The position numbers were made by a program, and so were the translations under genes. This document shows positions 33,914 to 45,136 of a stretch of 45,136 bases of DNA, piece after piece (position 1 is the stretch's first letter; each line of letters begins with the position of its first letter). The notes under the pieces were generated by a model. It searched no databases and was not told the origin of the DNA. It saw only the letters and a program-made list of their open reading frames with translations. Origin of the DNA: Chiloscyllium plagiosum (taxonomy: Eukaryota); the NCBI RefSeq assembly GCF_004010195.1, contig NC_057718.1, forward strand, positions 72,921,642-72,966,777. The letters run 5' to 3'.

Positions 33914-34879
33914 TCACATTTGAACAGATTGGGAGTTCAGGTCTCAGATTTAAACAAGTAGGGGCTCGACTGGTTCATGAACAGCACTTGACTGGATATG
34001 ACAGATTTGGACAGATTCAAACAGATTTGGGGGTTTGTGTCCTAGCTCTTTAAATAAAACTTAGAAATTTAAACAGATTTTCTCACCTATTATTTGTGGT
34101 TGGTTAGATTAAAATTGAGAGAAATGCCACGCTCAGTTACTAAATGCTTTCTGGTGGTGAAAGAAGTGACTTTGGGGGTTTTACAAAAGGCGAGCAAGAA
34201 GTTGCTGGAATTGGCAGGCAAGCTGGAATTGGAGTTGCCAATATGAAGAAAGAAGTAGCAATTACAGAAATAGCTTGACATTTAAAGGCACTGGAAAAGT
34301 AATCAGAATCTTTGGAAATGGCTAAAATTCAATTGAAAATGAAGCAGCTTGACTTAGAGGCAAAAGAAAAAAGAAGAGCAAACAAAACTGTTTGAATTAT
34401 GTTTACAAGAACAGGATAAATAAAAGTATTAAGATAGAGAAAATTATTAGCTCCGCAAAAAGAGCGAGAGTTTGAACTTCAGAAGTTGCAAATAGATTAG
34501 ATTAGATTCGATTCCCTACAGTATGGAAGAAAGTCAATTTAAAAGGTTGGAGATGAAGGGAGAGATAGGGATATATACAAATATGTTAAAACACTATGAC
34601 ATTTTGATGAAAAAGATGTCGAAGCCTTATTTCATTTGAAGAATTGGCTCAGCAGATGGATTGGCCAAAGAAGTTGTGGGTAATGTTAATTCAGACTAAG
34701 CTGTTAGGCAGGGTTGGTGAGTTGTTTGCAGCACTGTCAGATGAGGGGGTCAAGAAATTATGCTGATGTCAGAGTCAGAGATATATAGCCTGGAAACAGA
34801 CCCTTCGGTCAAACTTGTCCATGCCAACCATTCTAACCTAAGTTGCTAGCACTTGGCCCATATCCCTCTAAACCCTTCC

Positions 34880-37322
34880 TGACAGGCAGGTTTGCCACTG
34901 CAACACAGCTGCATTAAAACTAAATAGCGGGGTGGGGGGTGGGGAGGGGACAAACTGGAAGTTTAAGGAGGAAATTGAAGGGAAAGTTAGAACAAGTCAA
35001 GAAAGACAATGGCATCAATGGAGCAGAAAACTCAAAAAGGATCATGCCGTAAGGTTGAGTGAAATAGGGATTGATAGGAAGGGTGAGGGCAGTAACAAAT
35101 TAAAAATATGAATGCACGAAGCATTAGAAATAAGATGGATGAGCTTGAGACTCATTTGAAAATTGGCAGTTACGATGTTGTGGGGATAACGGAGACGTGG
35201 CTTCAAGTGGACAGGGCCTGGGAAATGAATATTCAAGGCTATACGTGCTATCGTAACGACAGACAGAGGGGGTGGGGCGGCCCTGTTGATAAGGAATTAT
35301 ATTCAGTCCATAGTACAGGAGGACCTAGAATCAGGGGATGTAGAATCAGTATGGATAGAGCTGAGAAATTCTAAGGGTAGAAAAGACCTTCCTGGGAGTT
35401 ATCTACAGGGCCCCAAACAGTAGTCGGGATGTAGGGTGCAAGTTGAATAAAGAGCTGAAATTGGCCTGTCGCAAAGATATTACTACAGTTGTTATGGGGG
35501 ATTTCAAAATGCAGGTAAACTGGGAGAATCAGGATGGTACTGGACCCCAAGAAAGGGAGTTTGTGGACTGCCTCAGGAGATGGATTCTATGAATACCTGG
35601 TGCTGGAGCCTACCAGGGAGAAGGCAATTCTGGTTGAAACTTTATTGCTGGAACAGCACAGCAGGTCAGGCAGCATCCAGGGACAGTTGAATAAAGGGAA
35701 CTATGGAGCTATGAGGGAGGAGCTGGCCAAAGTTCAATGGTGCAATACCCTAGCAGGGATGGCAGTGGAGCAACAATGGCAGGTATTTCTGGGTGTAATG
35801 CAGAAGGTGCAGGATCAGTTCATTCCAAAAAGAAAGAAAGATCCTCAGAGGAGGCAGGGGTGGCCGTGGCTGACAAGAGAAGTTTAGAAACATATACTTT
35901 TTCTCTTTTGGCTTGATAACATAGCAAAGAGGAGTGGGAAAACTGAGGACTGGGAAGCTTTTAAAGAACAAAGGATAACTAAGGAGGAACTATGCAGAGA
36001 AAAAATGGGGTACGAAGGTAAACTGGCCAAAAATATAAAGGAGGTTAGTAAAAGCTTTTTTAGGTATGTGAAAGGAAGAAAAATGGTTAAGACTAAAATT
36101 GGCCCCTTGAAGGCAGAAACAGGTGAATATATTACAGGGAACAAAGAAATGGCAGAAGAGTTGAATGGTACTTCAGATCTGTGTTCACTGAGGAAGACAC
36201 AAGCAATCTCCCAGAGGTAATAGGGGCTGAAGGACCTGAACAGTTGTTGCGAGTGATGCATAAATGTGTTCCGAGACAGGCAAGAAGGGGTAAGATAAAG
36301 GAACCTTGGATGACGCGAGTGGAGGAGCTTCTTGTCAAAAGAAAAAAGGCAGCTTACGTAAGGTGGAGGAAGCAAGGGTCTTGCTCAGCTCTACAGGATT
36401 ACAGGCAGGCAAGGAAGGAGCTCAAAAATGGTCTGAGGAGAGCCAGGAGGGGGCACGAAAAAGACTTGGCAGGAAGGATTAGGGAGAATCCAAAGGCATT
36501 TTACACGTATGTGAGGAATAAGAGAATGATCAAAGAAAGAGTAGGGACGATCAGGGATAGCATAGGGAACTTGTGTATAGAGTCTGAGGAGGTAGGGGAA
36601 GCCCGAAATCAGTTTTTTGCTTCTGTCTTTACCAAAGAAAAGGACCTTGTAGTGAATGAAACCATTGAGGAGCAGGTAAGCATGTTGGAACGGATGGAGA
36701 TTGAGGAGGCTGATGTGCTGAAAGTTTTGACAAACATTAAGATTGACAAGTCGCCAGGGCCAGACCAGATTTGTCCTCGGCTGCTTTGGGAAGCGAGAAA
36801 TGTGACTGCTTCGCCGCTTGCGAAGATCTTTGCATCCTCGCTCACCACCGGAGTCGTACCTGAGGACTGGAGGGAGGCAAATGTAATTGCTCTCTTCAAG
36901 AAAGGAAATAGGGAAATCTCCGGCAATTACAGTCAGTCTCACATCTGTCGTCTGCAAGGTGTTAGTCATAAATCCTATCCCTCAGAATCCTTTCAATCTG
37001 GAAGAGCATGGCTTGATTAAACGCAGTCAGCACGGCTTTGAGAAGGGCAGATCATGCCTCACAAATCTTATTGAATTCTTTGAGGATGTTACTAGACAAG
37101 TTGGTGAGGGTCGAGCTGTGGATGTGGCGTATATGGACTTCAGCAAGGCATTTGATAAGGTTCCCATGGTAGGCTCATTCAGAAGGTCAGGAGGAATGGG
37201 ATACAGGGAAATTTAGCTGTCTGGATACAGAATTGGCTGGGTGACAGAAGACAGCGAGTGGTAGTGGACGGAAAGTATTCTGCCTGGAAGTCAGTGGTGC
37301 ATGGTGTTCCACAGGGCTCTGT
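34880..37322 (+). mobile_element. CR1 (ORF1 end, EN, linker, RT), chimeric at ~36240, inserted in Gypsy gag; preceded by an inverted CR1 tail fragment (~34770-34880)
   Basis: MNARSIRNKMDEL..VGITETWL, KSPGPDQICPRLL, QHGFEKGRSCLTNLIEFF..MDFSKAFDKVP and GVPQGS, running into the gap. Confidence 0.88.
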
Positions 37323-37829
37323 NNNNNNNNNNNNNNNNNNNNNNNNNNNNNNNNNNNNNNNNNNNNNNNNNNNNNNNNNNNNNNNNNNNNNNNNNNNNNN
37401 NNNNNNNNNNNNNNNNNNNNNNNNNNNNNNNNNNNNNNNNNNNNNNNNNNNNNNNNNNNNNNNNNNNNNNNNNNNNNNNNNNNNNNNNNNNNNNNNNNNN
37501 NNNNNNNNNNNNNNNNNNNNNNNNNNNNNNNNNNNNNNNNNNNNNNNNNNNNNNNNNNNNNNNNNNNNNNNNNNNNNNNNNNNNNNNNNNNNNNNNNNNN
37601 NNNNNNNNNNNNNNNNNNNNNNNNNNNNNNNNNNNNNNNNNNNNNNNNNNNNNNNNNNNNNNNNNNNNNNNNNNNNNNNNNNNNNNNNNNNNNNNNNNNN
37701 NNNNNNNNNNNNNNNNNNNNNNNNNNNNNNNNNNNNNNNNNNNNNNNNNNNNNNNNNNNNNNNNNNNNNNNNNNNNNNNNNNNNNNNNNNNNNNNNNNNN
37801 NNNNNNNNNNNNNNNNNNNNNNGAGATAT

Positions 37830-39043
37830 AGCACTGGTGCTGTTATCAGTGATAGGAGATCCCTTCCAAGTGAGGTGTAGTCATCCCTATCATATTGAGA
37901 AAAAGTTGAGTCAGTTGAATTATCTGGTAAAAATGTCATCTAGGAAAAAACAGCTTAGGGTATGTCATGTTAATATATTTAAACCATACTATGACAGGGA
38001 CAGGGAACCAGAGAAACAGGCATTAGTTACTGACCCTAACAGTGAGGAATCAGAAACTGAATCATTTGATTTTGATGTACCTCACAATAAGTTAAATAAA
38101 GAGGAAGTCCTTAAATGGGATAGAATAGTGAGCTGTCTCAAGGGCAAAGAACCAAGTTACAAGTTATTTTGCAGCAGAATGAGGACTTATGAAGGAATAG
38201 AATGGGGAAGACTAATACTATTGTGCATGAGGTCAAAGTAGGAAATGCTGCTCTGATAAAACAACACTCTTCCAGGTTTAATCCTCTTAAAGTTGCACAG
38301 AATCAAAGTGAGTGGAGTTCGCAGATTGTATTGGTTCAAAAGCCTGATGGTTGTCAAAGGTTCTCAACAGGTGTATGTGGATTATTGGAAGGTCATAACG
38401 AAATCAGACTGATACCAAAGTCCAAGGTTGGAGGTCTGTGTAGAAAATGCTGGACAAGCTGCTTATATGACAAAGTTGAACTTACTGTGTGGTCATTGGC
38501 GGTACCTTTATTGGAGAAAGCAAAAGAAGTTTCTGTGTTTGAAACCCCACATGAGCCAAATCAACTCAAATTAATGCCCTTTCGAATGAAGAACCCATCA
38601 GCCACATTTCAAAAACTCATGAACAGAGTTGTGGCAGGATTGACTAATTGTGCCAACTGCATGGATGATTTAGTGCTCTCTTTAGCCATTCGTGGAAAGA
38701 TCACAATGCACTTGGCAGAGCTCGGTGAAAGATTACAGATGACAAAACTGTTTTAAATTGAGCAAAAACGTAATTTATGTAGGCAGAGGTGACATTCCTG
38801 GGACACAATATCGGACTTGGAAGAATGATCTTGAGGAATGTGAAGACAAAGGCCATCAAGAAATTTCCATGACCATCCTCAAAGAAAGATTTACTTCGAT
38901 TTTTGGGACTGAACAGATTCTACTGAAAGTAGCATGGTGGCACCGCTAACGGATTTGTTAAAGAAGAAGATGAAATTTTGGTAGACAGAACACTGGCAGG
39001 AGGCATCTGAAAATCTAAAAGCCATTGACCATTGCACCAGTTT
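37830..39043 (+). pseudogene. Gypsy pol remnant: integrase C-terminus followed by reverse transcriptase
   Basis: HPYHIEKKLSQLNYLV..RKKQLRVCHVNIFKPY (IN GPY-like region), then SEWSSQIVLVQKPDG and MPFRMKNPSATFQKLMNRVVAGL..MDDL (RT), with frameshifts. Confidence 0.85.
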
Positions 39044-42000
39044 TAAAAAAAAATAGATTTTTAAATATTACAACAAGTACAAAACAATACAAAAAACATC
39101 ACAAGTGAAAAACCCAATCCACCCTCATGTACAAATGTATAAACATATATAGGAAAATCTAGAATAAAAAACCAAACTAGCTATTTCACTTACTAAATAA
39201 TAACCAACAAACTAATAAACAGTAATAACTCAGCTCAGCCAAACAAGACACTCATACTTTCATAGTTCCTCCCGGATAATGGACTGTTAAGACACAAATG
39301 TTACGGCTATATAAAAGCCCTCGTTAGTGTGGCAGAGAAATCTATGTCTAAGTATTCCAAGGGCTGCCATATCTTATAAAAATTCTCAGTTTTGTGGTGT
39401 ACCATACTTGTGAGATAGTCCAAGGGCATATGCTCCATAACAATCTTCCACCAACCTGACAGGGCTGGGGGATTTTCAGATACCCAACCTCGCAAGATAT
39501 TCTTTCTTGCACAGAAAGTAAGGATATTAAAACGTTTTTTTTAAAACTATGCGCATCTGCAAGGAACACACTGGGCCGCCCCAGAAGAGGAGGAATCGGG
39601 TCCTTCTTCACCCTTACAACCAAAATCCTCTCCATTGCACCTGCCACAGCACTCCAAATGTTTGGAGCCTACCAAAAGACCAGACACAATGTTTAAGAGT
39701 GCCTGTACAGACTTGCACATAGGATATGCTGAAGAGACCACTCATTTAAATTTTGACAAACGGTCCGGAGCCATAAGAGTCATAGATATGTACAGCATGG
39801 AAACAGACCCTTCAGTCCAATCCATCCACGCCGACCAGATATCCCAACCCAATCTACTCTCACCTGTCAGCACCCAGCCCATATCCCTCCAAACCCTTCC
39901 TCTTTATAAAACCATCCAAATGACTCTTAAATGTTGCAATCGTACCAGCCTCTACCACCTCATTCCATACACGTACCACCAATCTGTGTGAAAAAGTTGC
40001 CCCTTTGGTGTCTTTTATATCTTTCCCCTCTTATCCTAACCTATGCCCTCTAGTTCTGGACTCCCCGACCCCAGGGAAAAGACTTTGTCTATTTATCCTA
40101 TCCATGCCCCTCAATTTTGTAAACCTCTATAAGATCACCCCTCAGCCTCCGACGCTCCATGGAAAACAGCCCCAGCCTGTTCAGCCTCTCCCGACAGCTC
40201 AAATCCTCCAACCTGGCAAAATCCTTGTAAATCTTTTCTGAACCCTTTCAAGTTTCACAACATCTTTTCGATAGGAAAGAGACCAGAATTGCACGCAATA
40301 TTCCAACAGTGGCCTAACCAATGTCCTGTACAGCTGCAACATGACCTCCCAAAGCTTGTACTCAATACTCTGACCTCAATAAAGGGAAGCATACCAAACA
40401 CCTTTTTCACTATCCTATCTACCTGCGACTCCGCTTTCAAGAAGCTATGAACCTGCACTCCAAGGTCGCTTTGTTCAGCAACACACTCTAGGACCTTAAT
40501 AGTAAGTGTACAAATCCTGCTAAGATTTGCTTTCCCAAAATGCAGCACCTCGCATTTACCCGAATTAAACTCCATCTGCCACTTTTCAGCCCACTGGCCC
40601 ATCTGATCAAGATCCTGTTGTAATCGGAGGTAACCTTCTTCGCTGTCCACCACACCTCCAATTTTGGTGTCATCTGCAAACTTTCTTAACCGCACCTCTT
40701 ATGCTCGCATCCAAATCATTTATATAAATGACACAAAGTAGAGAATCCAGCACCGATCCTTGTGGCACTCCACTGGCCACAGGCCTCCAGTCTGAAAAAC
40801 AACCCTCCACCACTATCCTCTGTCTTCTACCTTCAAGCCACATGGTTAGTTCTCCTGTATTCTGAGATCTAACCTTGCTAACCAGTCTCCCATGGGGAAC
40901 CTTGCCTAACATCTTGCTGAAGTCCATATAGATCACATCTACCACTCTGCCCTCATCAATCCTCAGTTTATTTGAAGTAGTAACAATCAAATTTGTGAGA
41001 CATGATTTCCACGCAGAAACCCATGTTGACTATCCCTATTCAGTCTTTGCCTTTCCAAATACATGTACATCTTGTCCCTCAGGATTCCGTCCAACAACTT
41101 GCCCAAGTGGACCCTGTGGAGAATCTTCAACTATAAGGCATGGGTCGCAATACAAATTGATATCTTTCTTGAGTTTTCCCAAATATCTTCCCTTACCTCT
41201 GAGTAAACTTCAACACCTAGCTCTCTCTCCCACACTCTGCAGAGACAATCAAACTCATCTGAGGAGGCACCCCCCCCAATTGATGATATAAAGTACTGAC
41301 AAAGTATAATCTTAGCACTGAGCACCCTCTTTTCTATGTTGAATTTGTAGGGGTCAAATATGTGGTCTTTTTTGAATAAAATCCCTAACCTGGGGGAAAA
41401 GAGAGAAAAAGGTCCCTATTAGCTAGCTCTTCCTAACCAATATAGCCACTCCCCTACTTCTGGTATTCAATGATGAAAAGTAAACTTGGTCAAAGCCATT
41501 CTGTTGTAATTTCAAATGCTCCATCATCCAAGTGTGTCTCCTGTAACAAAGCAATATCCACCTTCTCATTTCTAAAGCTGAAGAGAACCCTCGTCCTCTT
41601 AATGACTTCCCTTGATATTCCAGGTGCACCATTTAATCAAGTCATTCGCCATAACCTTCTGTAATAACATTTAAATTCCAGAGAAGAGGAACCTGAACCA
41701 CAAATCACTGAGCCTTAGTGTCACATGAACATAAAAACTAAATAAACTAAGACCACCACACTTAGCAAACCTACAAAACTATTAAAAATTAAAAACAGCC
41801 AAATCCAAAAAACAAACTAGCATATAAAGTGTCAATGGTGCTGAATAAGGGAATGCACTCTTTGGTCAGAGGAAGCAAGTACCCATCCCAAACTGCCCAT
41901 AAGTAGGCATCTAACCATCCTACCCACCTTCACTTCCCCAGCTCGAGCCGCACCATGAATACAAGCAGAAAAGTAAACACTCCATAGTATACCAATATGA

Positions 42001-43210
42001 ATAAAATAAAAAGGTTTTAAAGAACAGAAAAAAGGGGTAATCCTACTTATCCTTTGGCATATCTTAATTTAGAAATGGAAAATACACATCTCAACCGCTG
42101 CCAAACATAGTTTAAAGAAAATCATCAATAGGAAGAAAAAGAAAGCTCCAACCAGACTTCCCCTGTTTCTTTTACAAAACGATAAGGACAAACCCAAACA
42201 ACACTATTATTTATATGGACTAAATTGTTCAGATTAGGTTAATTTGTCCACAAAGTGTCTTGCTTTCTCTGACGTGTCAAAGAGACGTATGGATCCATGT
42301 AAGGTCATTCAAAGCAATGCCGGATACTTCAGAGCACTGAATCCTAAGCTCCCTCAGTCTCCTCTTGACAGTGACATAAGATTTTCTTTTCTGGATCACC
42401 TCTGCTGAGAAGTCCTGGAAGAACATGATTTTAGAGCCCTCGTAAATTTGGGCCTTTAGATCCGTCCCCTGATTCTCTCCTTATCCCTATAGTGATGGAA
42501 TTGCACCAGGAGAGGACGAGGATGAGGACACTGACCCAGACCCGATCTCCGTACCGTGACCCGGTGGGCCCTCTCAATCTTCAATCCTCTCATGCCAGCC
42601 TCCAAGTTAAGGAATTTCAGCAGCCAGTCCTCAATAAATTCCACAGGCTGCTCTCCTTCCTTACCCTCAGGCAGACCGATGATCCAAATGTTTTTCTCCT
42701 CCTCCTGTTATTCAGATCATCCACTTGATCTCGCAAATTACGGACCTGCGTCTCCAGGGCTTGGATCCTATCCTTGGCTGAACTGGCATCAGCTTCCACC
42801 ATGGTGGCCCTGTGCTCAATCTCATCCACCCTCTTCGCAAAGTTTTCCAGCTGCTGCCCATGCTCCTGCAGCATGATAGAAGAGAAGCTGGCTCCAATCT
42901 CTATCTGTTATCCCAACATCTTGCTAGATTTCGTGAGCTGGTTCACCAGGGCCTGGAAAGTAATTGAGTCAGAGGATCCGGCCGGCTGGGCCTTGGACGC
43001 TCCTCCTCCCTTTTTCGGCATCTCTGGACGGCTGGAAATGAAGGCAAGTTAACTTTTGGAAGTTTCTTGGGACTCCACAATCTTTCTGGAGTCCCAGGAT
43101 GTCGCATTGGTCTAGGTTGGGCAGGTTGAAAAGTTAGTCACGCTTGCGCTACGATGCGGAGCTCTGCAAAGCCATCTTCCTAGATCGCCACGGTCTTGGA
43201 TCCCTCCACC
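39044..43210 (-). mobile_element. L1-clade LINE with ORF1, EN start and ORF2 C-terminus but no RT; TSD gcaccagttt (39034-39043 / 43211-43220)
   Basis: ORF1p motifs (coiled coil, DDLNNRRRR..IIGLPEG, IERAHRV..PRPLLVQFHHYRDKE, KIMFFQDFS), EN motif DIALLQETHL, and L1 C-terminus ILHRVHL/APDRLSKF..WWKIVMEHMPLDYL..FYKIWQP. Confidence 0.85.
39772..41105 (-). mobile_element. CR1 3' portion inserted into the L1
   Basis: DVIYMDFSK..GVPQGSVL..KFADDTKIGGVVDSEEG, with tail ctatgactcttatg. The L1 sequence is contiguous across it. Confidence 0.9.
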
Positions 43211-43605
43211 GCACCAGTTTAGCCACAAACTTCTTATAACCTTTTAAAATTCCTATCAATGCCAGTTATACAAGAGTTGGAGCTCTGTTGATGCAGGAGG
43301 ATAATGACAGAATTGGAAGGCCAATTGGTTATTATTCAAAGAAGCTCAATAGTCCTCAGAGAAGATATTCTACCATTGAAAAAAAGTTATTGAGTTTAGT
43401 ACTGGTCTTACATCATTCTGCTAGGTGTATAACTAACATTTTGGAGATGGTTGCGTATACTGACCACAACCCTTTCACTTTTTTGGAAAGATTTAAGGAC
43501 AAAAATAGGAGAATATTTTGTTACAGTCTTATGTTCAATTTACAAATTTTACATGTAGCAGGTCAGAAAATTGTTGTTGCAGATGCAATAAAAGAACATG
43601 TATAG
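43211..43605 (+). pseudogene. Gypsy RNase H remnant
   Basis: NAS..VGALLMQ..RPIGYYSKKLNSPQRRYSTIEKKLLSLV..YTDHNPFTFL..HVAGQKIVVADA. Confidence 0.85.
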
Positions 43606-43760
43606 ATAAGATAGAACTGGTATATTCCAAATGCAGAATCAGGAAGAAATGTGTAACTTTAGATTACAAACTACATCTGTCAGTAATAATGAAGTTAAGA
43701 TCTAGAGGGGGGAAAAAATGAAGCCACCTTTTCATTATAATGGTTCATTAAGGGGGGAGG

Positions 43761-44160
43761 TATTATGAAGTCGAAAGCGTCTACCTCCCTTTGAGAGAGA
43801 AAGGGCTCTTTTCTGAGTTGAGAGATTTTGACAGCACGTGCGTCTGAGTAGTTGACGGTCCAGAAAGTACTGAGAATTGAAAGTATGTGATAATTGGCAA
43901 TAGGGTTATTAACATTAAAAAAACCAACCCAAACTGAAGTGAAGTGGAGACAACCAGATTTGAATATAACCAATTTAAAAATATGCCCAGGAAACCAAAA
44001 AACTAATTGAATTTAAATTTGATTGCATTGACATCAGGCCAACAAGATGGAGGAAGTAATGAGGGTTATAAACTAGGGCATTTTGAAAATTGCTCAGAGT
44101 TAGCTGCCCATTTATCATGAAAAGCTCTCAAAGAAATCTCCAAGAAGCCACCAAAAGTCA
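43761..44160 (+). repeat. 3' LTR (5' part) of the Gypsy element, preceded by polypurine tract aaggggggagg (43750-43760) and interrupted by CR1
   Basis: tattatgaagtcgaaagc...gtactgagaattgaaagta...aaaatatgcccag.aaaccaaaaa...ttgaatttaaatt matches the 5' LTR. Confidence 0.8.
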
Positions 44161-44164
44161 AAAC

Positions 44165-45136
44165 AACAGCAGTTTAAAAAAGGGAGAAGAGCAGACAAAG
44201 GAAGCACATGGTGAGGACAGTGAAGGAGAGAGAGAGAACCTGCACAGTTACTGTTTTGCTGTTTGAATTAGTGTATCGCTGGACATCGGAGTGCATCTAG
44301 GAAAATTAACAAAGTGAAATTCACAACTAATCTTGGGAGGAACTGTTGTGTGAAGTTCATAGGTAAGTTAATTGTTGTTTTAAGACTGTCCAAGAGAAAG
44401 GCTGCAGTAGTGAGTATAGTGGACTCTTTCTTGATTATATGTTTTTGGAGAGAAGTCTCTTGATTAAAATTAAAATATAAGCCATAGCTATTAATATAAC
44501 CTGGGGCAGTGTTTGTAGAGGAATAAGATGGTGTTATTTTCTGGGTCAGTAGATTGTGAAAGAGCAAAAATGGCCTTTGCAGTGATACGTACTTGTCAGA
44601 TGTGGGAGTTTAAAGAGAGTTTAAGGATTACTGCGGATTGTATCTGCCATAAATGCTGCTGGATGAGAATCTTATCAGATCGAGTGGATCTGTTAGAGAG
44701 ACAGATAGAGGCGATGAAGAATTTGCAACAGCAAGAGTATGTGATGGATGACAGTTATAGGGAGGGGGGGGAAGTCTCAGATACAGTCACATAGATGGGT
44801 TAACTCCAGGAAGGGTAAGAGAGGTAGGCAGCAAGTGCAGGAGTTTTTTGTGGATATATCCATCTCAAACAGGTATGCTGTTTTGGAAAATTTAGGGGGT
44901 GATGGATTCTCCAGGGAACGTAGCACGAACAGCCAAGATTCTGGTATTGAGACTGGCTCTAATGCAACGAGGGGTACGTCGGCTTCCAAGAGATCAGTTG
45001 TGTTAGGGGATTCTGTAGTCAGAGATACAGACAGACGTTTCTGTGGCCAGCAGAGAAAAAGCAGAATGGTGTGTTGTTTCCCTGGTGCCAGGATCAAGGA
45101 TGTCTCAGAGGGTGCAGAATATTCTCATGGGGGAGA
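44165..45136 (+). mobile_element. 5' end of a CR1 (5' UTR + ORF1: Cys-rich/coiled-coil and SGNH esterase), inserted in the 3' LTR
   Basis: MAFAVIRTCQMWEF..CICHKCCWMRILSDRVDLLERQIEAM, then VVLGDSVVRDTDRRFCGQQRKSRMVCCFPGARIKDV. Confidence 0.85.

Larger units (their letters stand above)
32278..44160 (+). mobile_element. Degenerate Gypsy LTR retrotransposon of the Gmr1 type (gag-[PR in gap]-IN-RT-RNaseH) with nested insertions
   Basis: Two homologous LTRs, PBS and PPT. Gag-like fragments at ~34120-34770 (FDEKDVEA..LIQTKLLGR), integrase C-terminus at 37830-38000, RT at 38200-39040 and RNase H at 43211-43600. Confidence 0.85.

Overview
Eukaryotic, repeat-rich genomic window, most likely a cartilaginous fish: it carries HE1/V-SINE, SacSINE1-like DeuSINE, shark-type CR1 and Penelope families. 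It has three assembly gaps (5823-6321, 23796-24589, 37323-37821). The only host gene is the 3' part of a ZNF292/RLF-family C2H2 zinc-finger gene on the minus strand, with coding exons 31724-31860, 26087-26228 and a 6.5-kb terminal exon 9009-15509, then a ~1.9-kb putative 3' UTR. Its 5' exons lie beyond the window. The rest is largely transposon debris: many CR1 LINEs, Penelope-like elements (PLEs) with minimal hammerhead-ribozyme motifs, a near-complete Neptune-type PLE with inverted termini, TSD and two micro-inversions at RT motifs, solo LTRs, SINEs, and a ~12-kb Gmr1-type Gypsy element (IN before RT) hosting nested CR1 and L1 insertions. I see no convincing new protein-coding system. The best leads are the ZNF292/RLF mosaic protein with a degenerate 10-aa repeat insert, the hammerhead-bearing mini-PLE insertions, and an RT-less L1 with intact ends. 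TE boundaries are by eye (mostly +/-10-50 nt), and family assignments rest on remembered motifs, not database searches.
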